A DNA stretch of 62,592 nucleotides, counting the filler. It is 4 parts of 4 records of this genome, joined end to end, with 100 filler letters (N's around TTAATTAATTAA, not from the genome) between each part and the next. Parts side by side here need not be neighbours in the genome. Positions count along the whole stretch, not along the records: positions 57,164 to 62,592 come from SRR2962707_1449; 3 more parts are not named here. One strand, written 5' to 3'. The position numbers and the translations under genes were made by a program. Numbering within the stretch: position 1 is the first letter of the stretch; the number at the start of each line of letters is the position of its first letter. The notes below the pieces were generated by a model. That model did no database searches and was not told the DNA's origin. It saw only the letters and a list, made by a program, of their open reading frames with translations. This document shows positions 59,783 to 62,592 of this stretch, piece by piece.

Positions 59783-62262
59783 TCAGGGTCGGGAGTTGGC
59801 AGGTGCGGTTGTTATAGCTTCTTGCGACTGCGGTGCTTCAATTGACGAAGTCTGCAAAAAATCTGATGCTAAAGCATCATCATGAATGACGTTGTCTTCA
59901 TCATCATCGGTGTCGGCATCTTCGTGCGAAAGTCTGCCGAGGAGAGGTCTGTTTCGAAGCAGATCAGCATGTAACGTAAACATGAGGCATGGGGATTTTT
60001 ACTCGTTTGCAGCACAGAAGGCACATTTCCCAAGCAGCACTCACCCCACTTCATCATCATCATCCGCCCCGAACAGTGTGATTTTGTTACTGTTGTAATC
60101 CTCGAGGGTTCGTACCTTCACATGGTAATACAAAGAAGTCAACACAAAATCCGTGCGGACAACACACATGATGTGCTTGGCAAACCCGCACTCAGACTCA
60201 CTTGACGGAGCAGTTGTACTGCAATTGTCAAAAATCCTACAGCAATGACCACCATCACAAACAGCTCGATGCCAATAAAGATCTCCGTTCCTATAAAATG
60301 GGGTCACGTTGTGAACGGTGCACTTGGCCGACCCATAATATCGCAGAGAAAGATGGTGCAAAGCAAACGCACCGAGCAGGCCAATATTCGCCATAACCTG
60401 CGGAGTGGGGGCATCGCCGGTTGAAAGCAAAATGTAGGCGGATGCAGAGGCAACGGACGTCGAATATGGCCCGGAGCAAGAACCGTTGTTTCCGGCACAC
60501 CAGGAATAATTATCCGATCGATACGCGTATGGAAGCCGCATCGAAGCAGCATTTTTGTTTAAATTGGCGACGTGATAGTCAAGAACCGCAATCGTCGTCT
60601 CTTTAACGGTAAAAGCTGCCCCGGAAAAGTTTTGCAGCCGAAGTGCACGAGCAACAACCACATTCAAGCTGGGAGTAGTCACAAAACTACCCGAAGTATC
60701 GAACGAAGCCACAGTGCCGGCTGGATACGCAGTCTGCACTGGGGCAGCAAGCAATTGGGTGCACACTCTTTGTGCACCGGAGCCGTCAGCACTTGCGCTG
60801 GCTACAGCGTCCTGATTGACGGCAAAGGTGCCAGTTGAAGCCGCTGACGACCGCGTGATGTTTTTTGCATTGTCCGCATTATTGTACGCCAGCAAAACAG
60901 TTGCATCAGAGGCACGGTAGTCAACTTCAGGCGGTATCTTAGAGCTTCCACCTCCAGCAGTGACAACCTGTGCTTGATACCTGCGCGTGTAGCATGCATG
61001 GGTATATGAAATGGTTATAATGAACGGCAGATTTAGATGTCGACTTGAGCGCGAGCGTTGGCCTGCAACCAATGCACTTGTGGGAACGCACCAGGACAAG
61101 TAAGGGCCTAAGAGTCCAGTGGACGACGACAGTGGCCGCTGCAATGCGGCATCAATTTTTGCCCATGATACTTGTTCCAGCTGGGCTTGCGCTCGGGCTA
61201 GAATGTCATCTGAACATGATCCAAGATACCTGTGCAAAAGGAGTGTCTCTTCAGATCCCGGGTTGCAAATGCGACGGAAATTCCCTTCACAAGAATGCAA
61301 CCCTTTGCAAAATTGACGTACCCGCATATGCGCTGTAGTGACGCGACAGAGTCGTGGAAGGCCACATTGAAGTAGGGGTCAACAACGGCGAAGCTGGGGG
61401 CAACTGGGACAGGATTGCATTGGCTAGCTGCCTGCATTTCGTCCATCAATGCTCGTGCTTGGCAATATGCGCGGGCGCTTCCCCAAAAAGGCGATTGACG
61501 TACAGCGTCAGGAAGCTGGGCCTCGCAACCAGCCTTTGGTGCAGGCAATAGATCGCTCCATATTTTTGCGTATGGGTCGACACTTTCCCACGGGTGGACA
61601 ATGTACAGCAGCCCATCCAGCGAGCTTCCACCCAATGCACCTTTCACCCAGCCAACGGAGCGGTTGGTGGCAAGAAAATTGTGCCATCGGTCCAAATCGT
61701 CAACGATGTCGCGTAGAAAATGAATACCAGCGGTGTAGGCTGCATCCGTGTTGTTGAGCGTTGCCCAGGAAAATATTTCCACAGCAGTGGATGCCTGATT
61801 GGGAATGCTTGCAAGCCAAGACGTATGCTGCGGACAGCCCCAAGTCAAACTGGATGGAACGTCGTCCACATACTCCGCGTCAACAGCGCCGCGTAGCCTA
61901 GCGCTGTCGGCATCAAAGGACAAATGCGGGATGAACCCACTATCCCACTGCGTCGACATTATGTAACGAAACGTCTCGATGGCCTTGTCCAGGTACGTGA
62001 CACTCGGATTGTATTCTCGCCCCCTATCGGCCGCGTTCAGGCCGGTCAACTCTTGTTGCGCCGAGTCGCTCCCGTACACGTCTTCTGTGTGCGTGGCCAG
62101 AGCATTCGCAGCCAACGACGCAGAGAAAGCGTGCGCGTACCCAGCGCCTGGGAAGGGCACAGTCGTGTCCTCAGCTGCGCCATGAAAACGAACTGTATTT
62201 TGCTCTAGAACCGCAAATGCCCAGTCAGCCTCGCTGTCGCGCATTGTCTCTCTCTCACTCAC
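59783..62262 (-). CDS. Eukaryotic multi-exon type I membrane protein with degenerate GH63/MGH1-like (glucosyl/mannosylglycerate hydrolase) ectodomain; 5' end uncertain
   Basis: QWDSGFIPHLSF, LDRWHNFL...R, GLLYIVHPWES, FAVVDPYFN. Introns 61230-61321, 60291-60372 and 60116-60201 restore frame. TM exon TEIFIGIELFVMVVIAVGFLTIAVQLL; acidic tail. Confidence 0.6.
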
Positions 62263-62529
62263 CCTCTAACCCGCGTAAAGTAAAGCCCACAGCCACAGCC
62301 ACGGCGAGGCCAACAGCTCCACTGACAGCTCGAAGTCAGCGGAGACACGCGTTGCAACCGCGCGGCCTGAGCAGAGTCGACTCCTCCATTTCAATGACCA
62401 TGCGAAAATAAATAGCGAGTGGCCAAAACTAATAATACACCAGGAACATCCTCCTCCTCCTTGGCATTAGAAAACCTCAGGCTCCTGCTCCACCTCCTCT
62501 TTAACAGGACCACCGCCAGCACCACCATA

Positions 62530-62592
62530 ACCAACAGCAGCAGCAGCAACAACAACAACGAAAACAGCAACAGCAACAGCAACAGCAGCAGC
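62530..62592. repeat. (CAG/CAA)n trinucleotide microsatellite at window end
   Basis: Direct reading. Confidence 0.9.

Overview
The window is not one locus. It holds four separate contigs joined by artificial 100-bp spacers (44 N + TTAATTAATTAA + 44 N at 23658-23757, 50603-50702 and 57064-57163). Contig 1 (1-23657, Rhodobacteraceae-like) is a 23.4-kb accessory catabolic island. It encodes a hydantoinase/dihydropyrimidinase, two N-carbamoyl-D-amino-acid hydrolases, a hydantoin-type racemase, two DUF1028 proteins, an amidohydrolase, an FAD oxidoreductase, a DHDPS-family lyase, an SDR, a flavin reductase, a LysR regulator and three ABC importers. It is bracketed by the right and left ends of an IS3-family element in direct orientation, so it is a probable composite transposon. 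Contig 2 (23758-50602, Roseobacter-like) opens with an IS1595-family element carrying passenger genes and a repeat-flanked orphan gene. Next comes an mgtE-rimB-like-rimK-AstE/AspA operon, preceded by a degenerate AstE-like pseudo-enzyme, and then core genes (mreBCD, mrdA, rodA, dcp, moeB, dut, coaBC, rpoH, comM, gshB). Contigs 3 and 4 (50703-57063, 57164-62592) are eukaryotic, with GT-AG introns of about 80-120 nt and microsatellites at the contig ends. They carry an EF-hand membrane protein, a secreted beta-propeller glycosidase-like gene, a TBC Rab-GAP, a ~640-bp fold-back element between two convergent genes, and a type I membrane protein with a degenerate GH63-like ectodomain. All product calls come from motif recognition by eye; no database search was run.
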